Positions 45,501 to 53,210 of a DNA stretch of 64,000 nt are shown here, one piece after another; within the stretch, counting starts at the first letter, position 1, and each line of letters opens with the position of its first letter. The translations under genes were made by a program, and so were the position numbers. Source of the stretch: an uncultured Bacteroidales bacterium (GTDB lineage Bacteria > Bacteroidota > Bacteroidia > Bacteroidales > Paludibacteraceae); NCBI GenBank assembly GCA_946404495.1, contig CAMJDT010000003.1, positions 4,630 through 68,629 on the forward strand, in the 5' to 3' direction. The notes under the pieces are model-generated. The model saw only the letters and a list, made by a program, of their open reading frames with translations, ran no database searches and was not told where the DNA came from.

Positions 45501-47340
45501 AGAGTTAGCCTCGCTGGACGAGGACAAACGCGAAGAGATCGCGGCGGTGCTGCTGGCGACGGGTATGTATATGGGAGATAGCAACGTGGCGGTGGAGCAA
45601 AACGGCTATGCGCTGACCAGCATCATCAACAGCCGTATCGATGCGTCGATGACCAATTCGAAGCTGGGGAAGGTGGTGGATATCAACATCAGCAGCTCCG
45701 AGAACGAGCGGGCGTCCGGCACGACGAACGATTTCGGTGTATCGCTGAGTAAGTCGTTCTTCAAGGATCGCTTCAAGATCACGGTCGGTGCCTCTATCGT
45801 GGATAACCCCGAGGCTACCAACGCCGTCGGACTCTACGGCATGGCTTCGGCGGAGTATAAATTGACCAAAGAGGGGAACGTGCTGCTGCGCGCCTTCACC
45901 CAACGCGACTATAATAATATCTTGGAGGGCGACCTGCAGAAGTCGGGCATAGGTCTGCGTGTCAGTCACGACTGGCTGCGCCGCGAGTGGTACAAGACCG
46001 ACTCCATCACCCGCACCTACGGCCTGATGCTGGACGCCGACGTGGCGTACCGCTCGAACAACAGTATCGGCCCGAACCTGACGCTGAAGCAGACGATTAG
46101 TAACCTGATGGGCAAAAACGAGACTTTCTCCATCAAGGGCTACGGAGCCTACTATTGGACGCTGCGCGGACGCAATCCCGGCGACCCGGTGCGGTCCAAC
46201 ACATTCAAGGTAGGCGCGGAGGCGGCGCTGATCTTCCCCTATCTGCATTGGGCGGGCGACAACAACCCCAAGGGCGATACGCGTTACCGCCTCGGCTACG
46301 GCTACGAGAACATCGCTGGCGGATACGGCGTGCATAAGGTATATGGTTCGCTCACCTATTTCATCCCCTCGCCCCGCAACCGTTTTATCACGCATGCCTT
46401 CACGCCCTTCTCGCTGTCAGTGGTGCAGATGTCAGCGTCGGATGAATTGGTCAAAAAGGCACTCGAGCAGCCGCAACTGCTGAAACTGCTGGCCAGCGAC
46501 GAGTTCATCGCCTCCGTCGGATACGAGTTCACCTACAACGACTACTCCGCCAAGCGGGCGGTCAATACGATGCTCGACCTGGAGCTGAAGGAGGCCGGCA
46601 ATATCATCAACGGACTCTATTGCCTCTTCGGTTATAAGTGGAACGACAAGAAAAAGCCGCTGGGTAAGATCACCTTCAACCAGTTTGTGACGATGGCGGT
46701 GGAACTGCATAATAAGTTCAACCTCACGGATAAGGTCTGCTTCGCTACGCGACTCTACGCCGGCGGATGTCTGCCGTACGGTAACTCGGACAAAACGCCG
46801 CTGTCGGAGAATTTCTATACCGGCGGTCCCAACAGCCTGAGAGCTTCGGCGCCGTATGCCTACGGTCCGGGTAACTTCTACAGCTATAAGTACAACCAGA
46901 ACTTCTTCCACGCCGGCGATGCCAAGCTGGAGGCCAATGTGGAGCTGAGGTTCCCGATCGTGTGGAAGCTGTTCGGCGCGGTGTTCGTAGATGCGGGTAA
47001 TGTGTGGAACTGGTACAACAGCTCCGAGACGCTATCCAAGAGTGACTATGACGCGTACGTGAAAATGATGGAGTTGCACGAGGATCTGTACGACGGATTG
47101 ATTCGCAACCCGTATCTGGGCAACGAGACCGCCCTCGGCACGGGTGCCGGTCTGAGACTGGATATCGAGGGATTGGTGATACGACTGGATCTGGGCGTAG
47201 GTATCCACGCACCGTGTCAGACCTACAAGTACGATAAGGAGGGCAAACCCGACTTCACGCAGCCGATCACCACTTACTTCAATATGCCCTCCGCACTCGA
47301 TGCCATCCGCGTCAACTTCGGTATCGGATATCCGTTCTAG
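42550..47340 (+). CDS. Giant envelope protein: N-terminal TM anchor + TamB/AsmA-like region fused to a C-terminal Omp85 (BamA/TamA-type) beta-barrel
   Basis: 1596-aa ORF. TM segment WWKIPTAFVGVTVGLVLLLLGTVACVLYV. A long beta-rich region ends in a DUF490-like ...GMASAEYKLTKEGNVLLRAFTQRDY. The last ~450 aa carry Omp85 barrel motifs FYTGGPNSLRAS, VELRFPI...GAVFVDAGNVW, GTGAGLRLD...IRLDLGVG and a terminal F. The start codon is uncertain (TTG). Confidence 0.7.
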   Translation: MIFKRSLWWKIPTAFVGVTVGLVLLLLGTVACVLYVPSIRSTVVNKALTFANDKTGYDIDLGGIYLSPLHHSPMMLYRAYKGQTDLPVQVEIDSLYVGHRGEDTLVYVHALRLRATLETGDKEAPFSDFLSLPIAVDTLSLEQAVFHSGSMIDGVGVDAIVGLLAVASPEIRIKEGQYPLHGLQLSDADVGISLWEKEPDTTAQDTVENNPLRLAFDLPDAQLRNIHYWMPSLKMDICVGSLQPDALIDVGANVYDARQIALGGFCFDLDKVHVPVDTLYGNARVELANNRIVSQGLHVRSNEMGARADLYATEMDLESLRIDVRGEAEYQGSQARLNGYYAINEEAYDMYVEVERVNLAPFLKDSTKVIIAGTIDARGKGIDPNSKAMRSKVKLQLTDAVYDNIDVSGIALDAELKNKAIEGNLHLPFRMQDQSLRVQAQTEHQFRVAEFMTPERMAVDYHTQMRGVRAHVAGETFRAESLNVDFRTDTATAVAVTTPGLSVAARSPMHVLALVSEVQQLLATLSDTTLMQGLTTLQDLTALDTIRRKIPALQADIDLRKGSPVQPIIDSLGVDIRQVKLALRSDELRTQLALNASTNKDSVIPAIDAEVGVEMMEGRTDVALLATSHLLVQAADSNDLRTDAKVRMNLAREGYRLQGEGQLLMDSLSYGTTALGNHTVDLRVAPSQVYEHALRAEVQLNDIPLNVVEGFVSLPDIDLEGAIRATASVDGLPAKTDISAEVQPIGVKAQYAPYEVGISLGETPIIMQHNKVDLNGLTIYAADSTYLTLAGGLDLDSMRLDIVLDADSFAPAKLPEGGKLPVYGELATDIHGRVTGPLDSILADVEVTLLPVTDITYPIDKKNLAQVKPHGTVRVKYGTADGSLDLGGRINVDDGFLRYSPKIYPIMPFHVDSGSHVAFHGPIGQTELDVSASQKVKANVQSEGEYMRSVDFTTGVRVKGVVDSIDFKNIGFFLEAPKDEQVTEELASLDEDKREEIAAVLLATGMYMGDSNVAVEQNGYALTSIINSRIDASMTNSKLGKVVDINISSSENERASGTTNDFGVSLSKSFFKDRFKITVGASIVDNPEATNAVGLYGMASAEYKLTKEGNVLLRAFTQRDYNNILEGDLQKSGIGLRVSHDWLRREWYKTDSITRTYGLMLDADVAYRSNNSIGPNLTLKQTISNLMGKNETFSIKGYGAYYWTLRGRNPGDPVRSNTFKVGAEAALIFPYLHWAGDNNPKGDTRYRLGYGYENIAGGYGVHKVYGSLTYFIPSPRNRFITHAFTPFSLSVVQMSASDELVKKALEQPQLLKLLASDEFIASVGYEFTYNDYSAKRAVNTMLDLELKEAGNIINGLYCLFGYKWNDKKKPLGKITFNQFVTMAVELHNKFNLTDKVCFATRLYAGGCLPYGNSDKTPLSENFYTGGPNSLRASAPYAYGPGNFYSYKYNQNFFHAGDAKLEANVELRFPIVWKLFGAVFVDAGNVWNWYNSSETLSKSDYDAYVKMMELHEDLYDGLIRNPYLGNETALGTGAGLRLDIEGLVIRLDLGVGIHAPCQTYKYDKEGKPDFTQPITTYFNMPSALDAIRVNFGIGYPF

Positions 47341-47359
47341 TAATTTTTTCGACAAAAAA

Positions 47360-47391
47360 CTTGCATAATTGGAAAAATTGTAGTACCTTTG
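47360..47391 (+). promoter_or_regulatory. Promoter of OMP gene 47408
   Basis: CTTGCATAATTGGAAAAATTGTAGTACCTTTGCAGCG. Confidence 0.55.
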
Positions 47392-47407
47392 CAGCGAATT
47401 TGGTAGA

Positions 47408-48214
47408 ATGAGAAGAATGCGACTGAGAAGCAAGATAGGATATAGTCTGATCTGCATGATAGTATGCAGCGTGATGAGCGTGTCGGCTTGGGCGCAGAGC
47501 AAGGCGCCTGAGAAGCCCGATCTGCAGACGGCGGAGGGCGATATCTTCGACCCCACGCGGATGGAGAAAGAGACGGAGCAGTATGAGTTTAAGGTGGAGT
47601 ACCGCATCACGGGCGGTTATATGCAGGAGCTGCAGCGCTCGCGCCGCGACAACTATCCCAATATGTACCTCCACGGCGGTCAGATCGGTGCGACCTTTGA
47701 TTTCTGCCTGCCGCTGCATTTCTCGATTCAGACGGGTCTGCTCTATAGCCTCACGTACGGCACGCGGGAGCAACACTGGGCGCAGATCGATGCCTCGGAC
47801 ATCTACGGCTCGACCAACTTCCTCAAGCACCGCGTCTATAATCATCAGCTGAGCATCCCCGTACGAGTGTACTATACCGTTCCGCTGGTGAAGAAGTTCA
47901 GTATGTTCTTCTGGGGCGGACCGCAGTTCCAGGTGGGCTTGGCGGCGTACGATGCCGTGGAGAACCACCTGACGCCGATGACCACCGACTGGTTTGAGGC
48001 CAACGGCAAGCATACAGAGCCGTATGACTTGTATAAGGACGAACTGAACCGTTTCAACGTGCAGATCGGTGTCGGCGGCGGATTTGAGTGGGATGCCTAC
48101 CGCATCGAGGCCGGATACGACTTCGGACTCAATAACCGCGTCAAGCACCCCGTCCCCTATGACCAACACATGTGGGAGTGGAGCTGGTTTGTGCGATTTG
48201 CATACCGGTTTTAG
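47408..48214 (+). CDS. Outer-membrane beta-barrel protein (porin-like, hypothetical)
   Basis: 268-aa ORF with signal peptide ...CSVMSVSAWAQ and a C-terminal ...WFVRFAYRF beta-signal. Confidence 0.6.
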   Translation: MRRMRLRSKIGYSLICMIVCSVMSVSAWAQSKAPEKPDLQTAEGDIFDPTRMEKETEQYEFKVEYRITGGYMQELQRSRRDNYPNMYLHGGQIGATFDFCLPLHFSIQTGLLYSLTYGTREQHWAQIDASDIYGSTNFLKHRVYNHQLSIPVRVYYTVPLVKKFSMFFWGGPQFQVGLAAYDAVENHLTPMTTDWFEANGKHTEPYDLYKDELNRFNVQIGVGGGFEWDAYRIEAGYDFGLNNRVKHPVPYDQHMWEWSWFVRFAYRF

Positions 48215-48282
48215 AGAGCGACCTAATGGATGACGTCATAACGTCACAACGATGGTAGAACGACAAAAATAACAAAACATAG

Positions 48283-48362
48283 TTCATGATTTAGGGGTGC
48301 TGCTTCGCGGCTGAGAATATACCCTCTGAACCTGAACAGATAATGCTGTTAAGGGAAATGAA
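48283..48362 (+). promoter_or_regulatory. TPP (THI-box) riboswitch
   Basis: TTCATGATTTAGGGGTGCTGCTTCGCGGCTGAGAATATACCCTCTGAACCTGAACAGATAATGCTGTTAAGGGAAATGAA. The conserved blocks GGGGTGC, GCTGAGA, ACCC, TGAACCTGA, GATAATGC and AGGGA are present. P1 pairs TTCAT with ATGAA. Confidence 0.85.
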
Positions 48363-48420
48363 AACATCTAACAAATGCTCCATGTTCGGAGCTCAAGTTG
48401 CTGTTCAGACAGCACGACGA

Positions 48421-50577
48421 ATGAAATCGGCACGATTCGCTGCCGCAGTTTTAACCGTATGCCTTGCACCCTGGGGGATGCTGCGTGCGCAAGATGACAC
48501 GCTGACCATCGAGATGAAGACGCTCGATGTCATTGAGGTAAGCGTGCCCGTCATTCAGGTAGCTAACAACCGCGAGGAAACCAAGCGCGAGGAGCTGAAT
48601 GCACACAATGCCGGACAGAACCTACCCTACTTATTGCAGACGATGCCATCAATGGTAGTGACTTCGGACGATGGTTTGGGTATCGGTTATACCTATTTTC
48701 ACGTGCGCGGTACAGACCAGACACGTATCAACGTAACGCTGAATGAGGTGCCGCTGAATGATGCCGAGAGTCAGTCTCTATTTTGGGTCAACCTTACCGA
48801 TATGGCAAGCGGTACGAGCAGCCTGCAGCTACAACGCGGTGTCGGAACCAGCGCCAACGGTGGTAGTAGTTTCGGCGCAAGCGTCAACCTCCGCACCTTT
48901 GACACGCAAGTGGTCGAGAGTCCGCATCCCGGACCGCTGCGGGCAGAGCTGGATTTTAACGGCGGTATGTACAACACCTTCCGAGAGATGGTGAAAGCCG
49001 ACGTCTATCTGGGTGACAAACAGTCCAAAAAAGGCCTATGGCATATAGGCGGACGATTCTCGAAGGTCAACTCGGACGGTTACATCGAGCGCGCTAAGTC
49101 AGACCTGCTGAGTTACCAAGGCGAGGTAGGCTGGCAGAACAGCAAAACGGCTGTGATGCTAACGGCCTTCGGTGGCAAGGAGAAGACCTACATGGCGTGG
49201 TACGGCATAGATGCCGATATGCTCAAAATCAACCGACGCTACAACCCTGCCGGCGAGTATATTGACGCGAAAGGCAACATAGCTTACTACGATAACCAGA
49301 CCGACAACTATCAGCAACACCACGTTCATCTGCATGTCGGGCACCGCTTCAACAACCATTGGTCACTATCCGCCACGGGGCATTATACCTACGGAACCGG
49401 CTATTTTGAGATGTATGACCAATGGATCATAGGAGGCATTGTGCAACGCGGACTGCGCAACCATTTCTACGGCGGGATTCTCAGCACTAAATATATCCAC
49501 GAGAAAGCCGACCTGCAGATTGGCGTAGCGCTAAACCGCTACCAGGGCCTGCAATATGGAAATATAGACCCGCTCTTTGTCGGTAAGAACTTCACCCAAT
49601 ACATGGAGGGCTACGGCAATAAGATGGACGGCAACGTCTATGCCAAAGCCAACTGGCGTGTGTTGCACCGCGCCAAGGAGAAACTAACGCTATACGGCGA
49701 CCTGCAGTACCGCTTGGTGGATTACCGCATATGGGGCGACAACGAGGAGGCAACGATGCCCGGACTGCCTGTGGCAGCCGATTGGCATAAGACCTGGCAC
49801 TTCTTCAATCCCAAAGCCGGCCTCACCTATCTCAACGCCGGCCACTGTCTGTCGGCTACCTTTGCCTTGGCACACCGCGAACCCACGCGTAATAACTTTG
49901 TGACCAACACCGCCCCCCAAGATCCGCTTCCCGAACGACTCTACGACTACGAGTTAGGCTATACCTACAGCGGAGCAGGCTTGCTAAAAAGCGGCTACAC
50001 GATGCCGTGGACCTTAGGACTGAACCTATATTTCATGGACTACGATAATCAGCTCATCACCACCGGCGATGTGACCAGCGTGGGGTACCTGATCACTACT
50101 AACGTGAAGAAATCCTATCGTACAGGCGTGGAGTTTCAGTTCGGCGTGGAATGGACCAAGTGGTTCGGCTGGCACGGCAACCTGACTTGGAGCCGTAATA
50201 AATGGAAAGATGGCGGCGTATGGCGTACTATCTCCTTTTCGCCCGATTGGACTGCCTCCAATAGTTTCAGATTCCACGCTGCCGGCTTCACGGGAGACAT
50301 TCAGACACAAGTCGTCAGCCGGCAATACTTGGGCAATATGGAGGACGCAAAAGCCATACTGAAAGCCTACACGGTAACCAATGTACAACTCAGCTACCTC
50401 CTGCCTCTACACAAATCCAAGCACGCACGCTACCTGCCTGACATCACACTAAAATGCCAGCTTAACAATATTTTTGACACCAAATATGAGAGTAACGGTG
50501 GTACCGATGGTACCTACGTATGGTATTTCCCGCAGGCGGGTATCAACGTGCACGGCGGTCTGATTGTACGTTGGTAA
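48421..50577 (+). CDS. TonB-dependent outer-membrane receptor (thiamine/thiamine-precursor uptake inferred from riboswitch)
   Basis: Signal peptide MKSARFAAAVLTVCLAPWGMLRAQ, a plug region (...VVTSDDGLGIGYTYFHVRG...INVTLNEVPLNDAESQ), and a 22-strand-type barrel ending ...GGLIVRW. The start is chosen downstream of the riboswitch. Confidence 0.85.
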   Translation: MKSARFAAAVLTVCLAPWGMLRAQDDTLTIEMKTLDVIEVSVPVIQVANNREETKREELNAHNAGQNLPYLLQTMPSMVVTSDDGLGIGYTYFHVRGTDQTRINVTLNEVPLNDAESQSLFWVNLTDMASGTSSLQLQRGVGTSANGGSSFGASVNLRTFDTQVVESPHPGPLRAELDFNGGMYNTFREMVKADVYLGDKQSKKGLWHIGGRFSKVNSDGYIERAKSDLLSYQGEVGWQNSKTAVMLTAFGGKEKTYMAWYGIDADMLKINRRYNPAGEYIDAKGNIAYYDNQTDNYQQHHVHLHVGHRFNNHWSLSATGHYTYGTGYFEMYDQWIIGGIVQRGLRNHFYGGILSTKYIHEKADLQIGVALNRYQGLQYGNIDPLFVGKNFTQYMEGYGNKMDGNVYAKANWRVLHRAKEKLTLYGDLQYRLVDYRIWGDNEEATMPGLPVAADWHKTWHFFNPKAGLTYLNAGHCLSATFALAHREPTRNNFVTNTAPQDPLPERLYDYELGYTYSGAGLLKSGYTMPWTLGLNLYFMDYDNQLITTGDVTSVGYLITTNVKKSYRTGVEFQFGVEWTKWFGWHGNLTWSRNKWKDGGVWRTISFSPDWTASNSFRFHAAGFTGDIQTQVVSRQYLGNMEDAKAILKAYTVTNVQLSYLLPLHKSKHARYLPDITLKCQLNNIFDTKYESNGGTDGTYVWYFPQAGINVHGGLIVRW

Positions 50578-51004
50578 TAACGATCACGACGACCAGCAGA
50601 AGCACCGTCGGAATCATCGTCCATAGATCGGACAGACGGAAGAAGGGATACCACGACATCGGTATCCACGCTTGCCATATGACTATCGAGGCATAGAGTG
50701 CCGCGACGACGAGTGCCATGACGGAGGCGGAGAAGGTGCGACGGTCGAAGGCACGACGATAGTTGAGGAAGAGATAGGAGAAGGGTAGGAGAAAGAGCAG
50801 CGAGGGCAACCACCACGAGGCGATCGCCAGTATGATCGTCGACGAGAAAGCCTCACCCGGCGCGGAGTCCTGATGTTTCTCTACGCCGAAGAGCGTGTTC
50901 AGACCAATCGCTATCAGCGCCGCCGGTATCAGTCCCCACAGCATACAGCTGCGTACGTCGGTCGGCACCAACACGGCCGCTGCGGCGAACAAGAGCCCTG
51001 CCAA
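50543..51004 (-). CDS. Hypothetical polytopic membrane protein (153 aa, TTG start uncertain)
   Basis: Four to five hydrophobic segments. It overlaps the 3' end of the TonB receptor gene convergently by 35 nt. No recognisable family. Confidence 0.4.
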   Translation of the reverse strand: MAGLLFAAAAVLVPTDVRSCMLWGLIPAALIAIGLNTLFGVEKHQDSAPGEAFSSTIILAIASWWLPSLLFLLPFSYLFLNYRRAFDRRTFSASVMALVVAALYASIVIWQAWIPMSWYPFFRLSDLWTMIPTVLLLVVVIVITNVQSDRRAR

Positions 51005-51054
51005 TAGCGGGAGTGCTATCGGCAGAGCCTTGATGATATTTTCGCGGGACGAAG

Positions 51055-51090
51055 TTTTCGTAGTTTACGTGTTTTACGTAGTTTACGTTA
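51055..51090 (-). repeat. Short tandem 9-mer array (CGTAGTTTA-like) abutting the dcp stop
   Basis: ttttCGTAGTTTACGTGTTTTACGTAGTTTACGTTA. The last TTA is the reverse complement of the peptidase stop codon. Confidence 0.75.
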
Positions 51091-53163
51091 ATCGATGAAA
51101 CCCTTGCGGCGGAGCAGGTACTGCGGGTCGGCGTCCTTGCCGCGGAACTCGAGGTAGAGTTCCTGCGCATCGCGCGTACCGCCCTGTTCGAGCAGGTGAC
51201 GGAACTTCTTGGCGGTCACGGGGTTGAAGATATTACCGGTCTCCTTGAAGGCAGCAAACGCGTCGGCATCCAGCACGGCCGACCAGGTGTAGCTGTAGTA
51301 GCCAGCCTCGTAGCCGGTGGTGAAGATGTGGTTGTAGAAGGTAGAACGGTAGCGCACGATGATCTCCGGAATCATCTGCATCTTCTCCATCGAAGCAGCC
51401 TCAAAGGCGTTGGCATCGAGGTCCTCAGCCGAGGTCAGCTCGTGGTAGTCCATATCCAGAATCGATGCACTGAGCAGTTCGGTCTCTACGAAGCCCTGAT
51501 TGAATTTCGATGCAGCGTTGATCTTCTCGATGAGTTCGGCAGGGATGACCTCACCCGTCTCGTAGTGCAGGGCGTAGGTCTTGAGTACCTCGGGTTCGTA
51601 GCAGTAGTTCTCCATGAACTGCGAGGGCAGTTCGACGAAGTCGCGCGGGGTGTTCGTGCCGCTGAGGCTGCGATAGTGCGCCTTACTGAGCAGGCCGTGC
51701 AGCGCGTGACCGAACTCGTGGAAGAGGGTCTCTACGTCGTCCATCGACAGCAGCGAGGGATTGCCTTGGGTAGGCTTGTTGAAGTTACCTACATTGATGA
51801 TGACGGGACGATGATCCACGCCCTCGGCATCGATATACTGCGACGAGATATTGTTCATCCAGGCACCCGGACGCTTGCCGGCGCGGGGGAAGTAGTCGGT
51901 ATAGAGGTAGCCGACCAGGCTGCCGTCTTTCTCTGTCACGCGGAACACCTCCACCTCGGGGTTATACACCGGCATGTCATATACCTGTTCGAACTGAATG
52001 CCGTACAGCTTGGTCGCTACGCCAAAGGCGCCGCGGCGTACGTTGGAGAGTTCGAAGTAGGGCTTGATCTGTTCCTCGTCCAGGGCATATTTCTCCTGAC
52101 GCAGTTTCTCGGCATAGTACCACCAATCCCAGGGCATCAGTTTCTCGCCCGGCAGGTCGCGGTTCATCACCTCCTGCAGTTCCTGTGCTTCGCGCTTGGC
52201 GGCGATGAGGCTCGGCTCCCACACGCTCAGCAGGAAGGCATCTACGGTCTTGGCATTATGTGCCATGCAGTCTTGCAGAATATAGTCGGCGGGGTTGTCG
52301 AAGCCGAAGAGTTGGGCTTTCTCGATACGCAGCTGCATCGTGCGACGGATGACGGCTTTGTTGTCGTACTGATTGTCGCGGTTGCCGCGGGTGGTGTAGG
52401 CCATCAGCAGTTGGCGGCGCAGGTCGCGGTTCTCGCAGTATTGGAGCACGGGCGTAAAGCTGGTACGCTTGGGCGTGAAGAGCCACGCGTCGCTGCGACC
52501 GGCAGCCTCTGCTTCCTCTTTGGCAGCAGCCTTGGCGCTCTCAGGCAGACCCTTGAGTTCGTTCTCGTCGGTGACGAAGATCTTGATCGAGTTGGTCTCG
52601 TTGACTACGTTCTGACCGAACTTGAGCGACAGCATTGCCAGCTCCTGGTTGATCTCTTTGAGGCGTGCTTTCTTGTCGTCCGGCAGGTTGGCACCGTTCT
52701 GCTCAAAGCGTTTGTAGGTCTCTGTCAACAGACGCATATCCTCATCGCTGAGGTTCAGGATATCGCGCTGGTCATATACGGCCTTGACGCGTTGGAACAG
52801 ACCCTCGTTGAGGATGATGCCGTCCGAGAGCTCCGAGAGCTTGGGCTGTATCTCTTCGGCCAAGGCATCCATCTCGGCATTGCCGTCGGCCTCGAGTACG
52901 TTGAAGAAGATAGCCGACACGCTATCCAGCATCATACCGCTGCGGTCGAGAGCTACGAGCGTGTTCTCAAACGTAGGCGCTTCGGGGTTAGCGACGATGG
53001 CGTCTATCTCCGCACGGTTGGCTGCGATAGCCTCGTCGAAGGTCGGCATAAACGTCTCGATGTTCATTTGGTCAAAAGCAGGCACCTGATAGGTGGTCTT
53101 GACCGCTTCGTTGCAGGCAACTAAACTCATGGCTGCAAAAATTAATACGGGTACTTTTTTCAT
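51088..53163 (-). CDS. dcp: M3-family zinc metallopeptidase (peptidyl-dipeptidase Dcp / oligopeptidase A-like)
   Basis: 691-aa ORF with a lipoprotein-type signal (LVAC), the HEFGHALH zinc motif, and M3 length and architecture. Confidence 0.85.
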   Translation of the reverse strand: MKKVPVLIFAAMSLVACNEAVKTTYQVPAFDQMNIETFMPTFDEAIAANRAEIDAIVANPEAPTFENTLVALDRSGMMLDSVSAIFFNVLEADGNAEMDALAEEIQPKLSELSDGIILNEGLFQRVKAVYDQRDILNLSDEDMRLLTETYKRFEQNGANLPDDKKARLKEINQELAMLSLKFGQNVVNETNSIKIFVTDENELKGLPESAKAAAKEEAEAAGRSDAWLFTPKRTSFTPVLQYCENRDLRRQLLMAYTTRGNRDNQYDNKAVIRRTMQLRIEKAQLFGFDNPADYILQDCMAHNAKTVDAFLLSVWEPSLIAAKREAQELQEVMNRDLPGEKLMPWDWWYYAEKLRQEKYALDEEQIKPYFELSNVRRGAFGVATKLYGIQFEQVYDMPVYNPEVEVFRVTEKDGSLVGYLYTDYFPRAGKRPGAWMNNISSQYIDAEGVDHRPVIINVGNFNKPTQGNPSLLSMDDVETLFHEFGHALHGLLSKAHYRSLSGTNTPRDFVELPSQFMENYCYEPEVLKTYALHYETGEVIPAELIEKINAASKFNQGFVETELLSASILDMDYHELTSAEDLDANAFEAASMEKMQMIPEIIVRYRSTFYNHIFTTGYEAGYYSYTWSAVLDADAFAAFKETGNIFNPVTAKKFRHLLEQGGTRDAQELYLEFRGKDADPQYLLRRKGFID

Positions 53164-53165
53164 GA

Positions 53166-53210
53166 TATAAATTGTTAAATATCAATTATCAACTATCAAT
53201 TATCAATTAT
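53166..53210 (-). repeat. Tandem heptamer array (AATTGAY)n, minus-strand orientation
   Basis: The plus strand reads ...ATCAATTATCAACTATCAATTATCAATTAT, so the minus strand reads ATAATTGATAATTGATAGTTGATAATTGAT. The array spans the AsmA stop (53207-09) to the peptidase ATG (53163). Confidence 0.9.

Noticed and set aside
48214-48283. The TGACGTCA palindrome (GATGACGTCATAACGTCAC) upstream of the riboswitch as a regulatory site or promoter.
   Set aside because: It is a single short palindrome with no adjacent -33/-7 boxes. There is insufficient evidence to call anything.
50543-50577. The 35-nt convergent overlap between the TonB receptor and the 153-aa membrane ORF as a regulatory antisense arrangement.
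   Set aside because: The minus-strand ORF itself is weakly supported (TTG start, no promoter, no family), so the overlap may simply reflect an over-called ORF.
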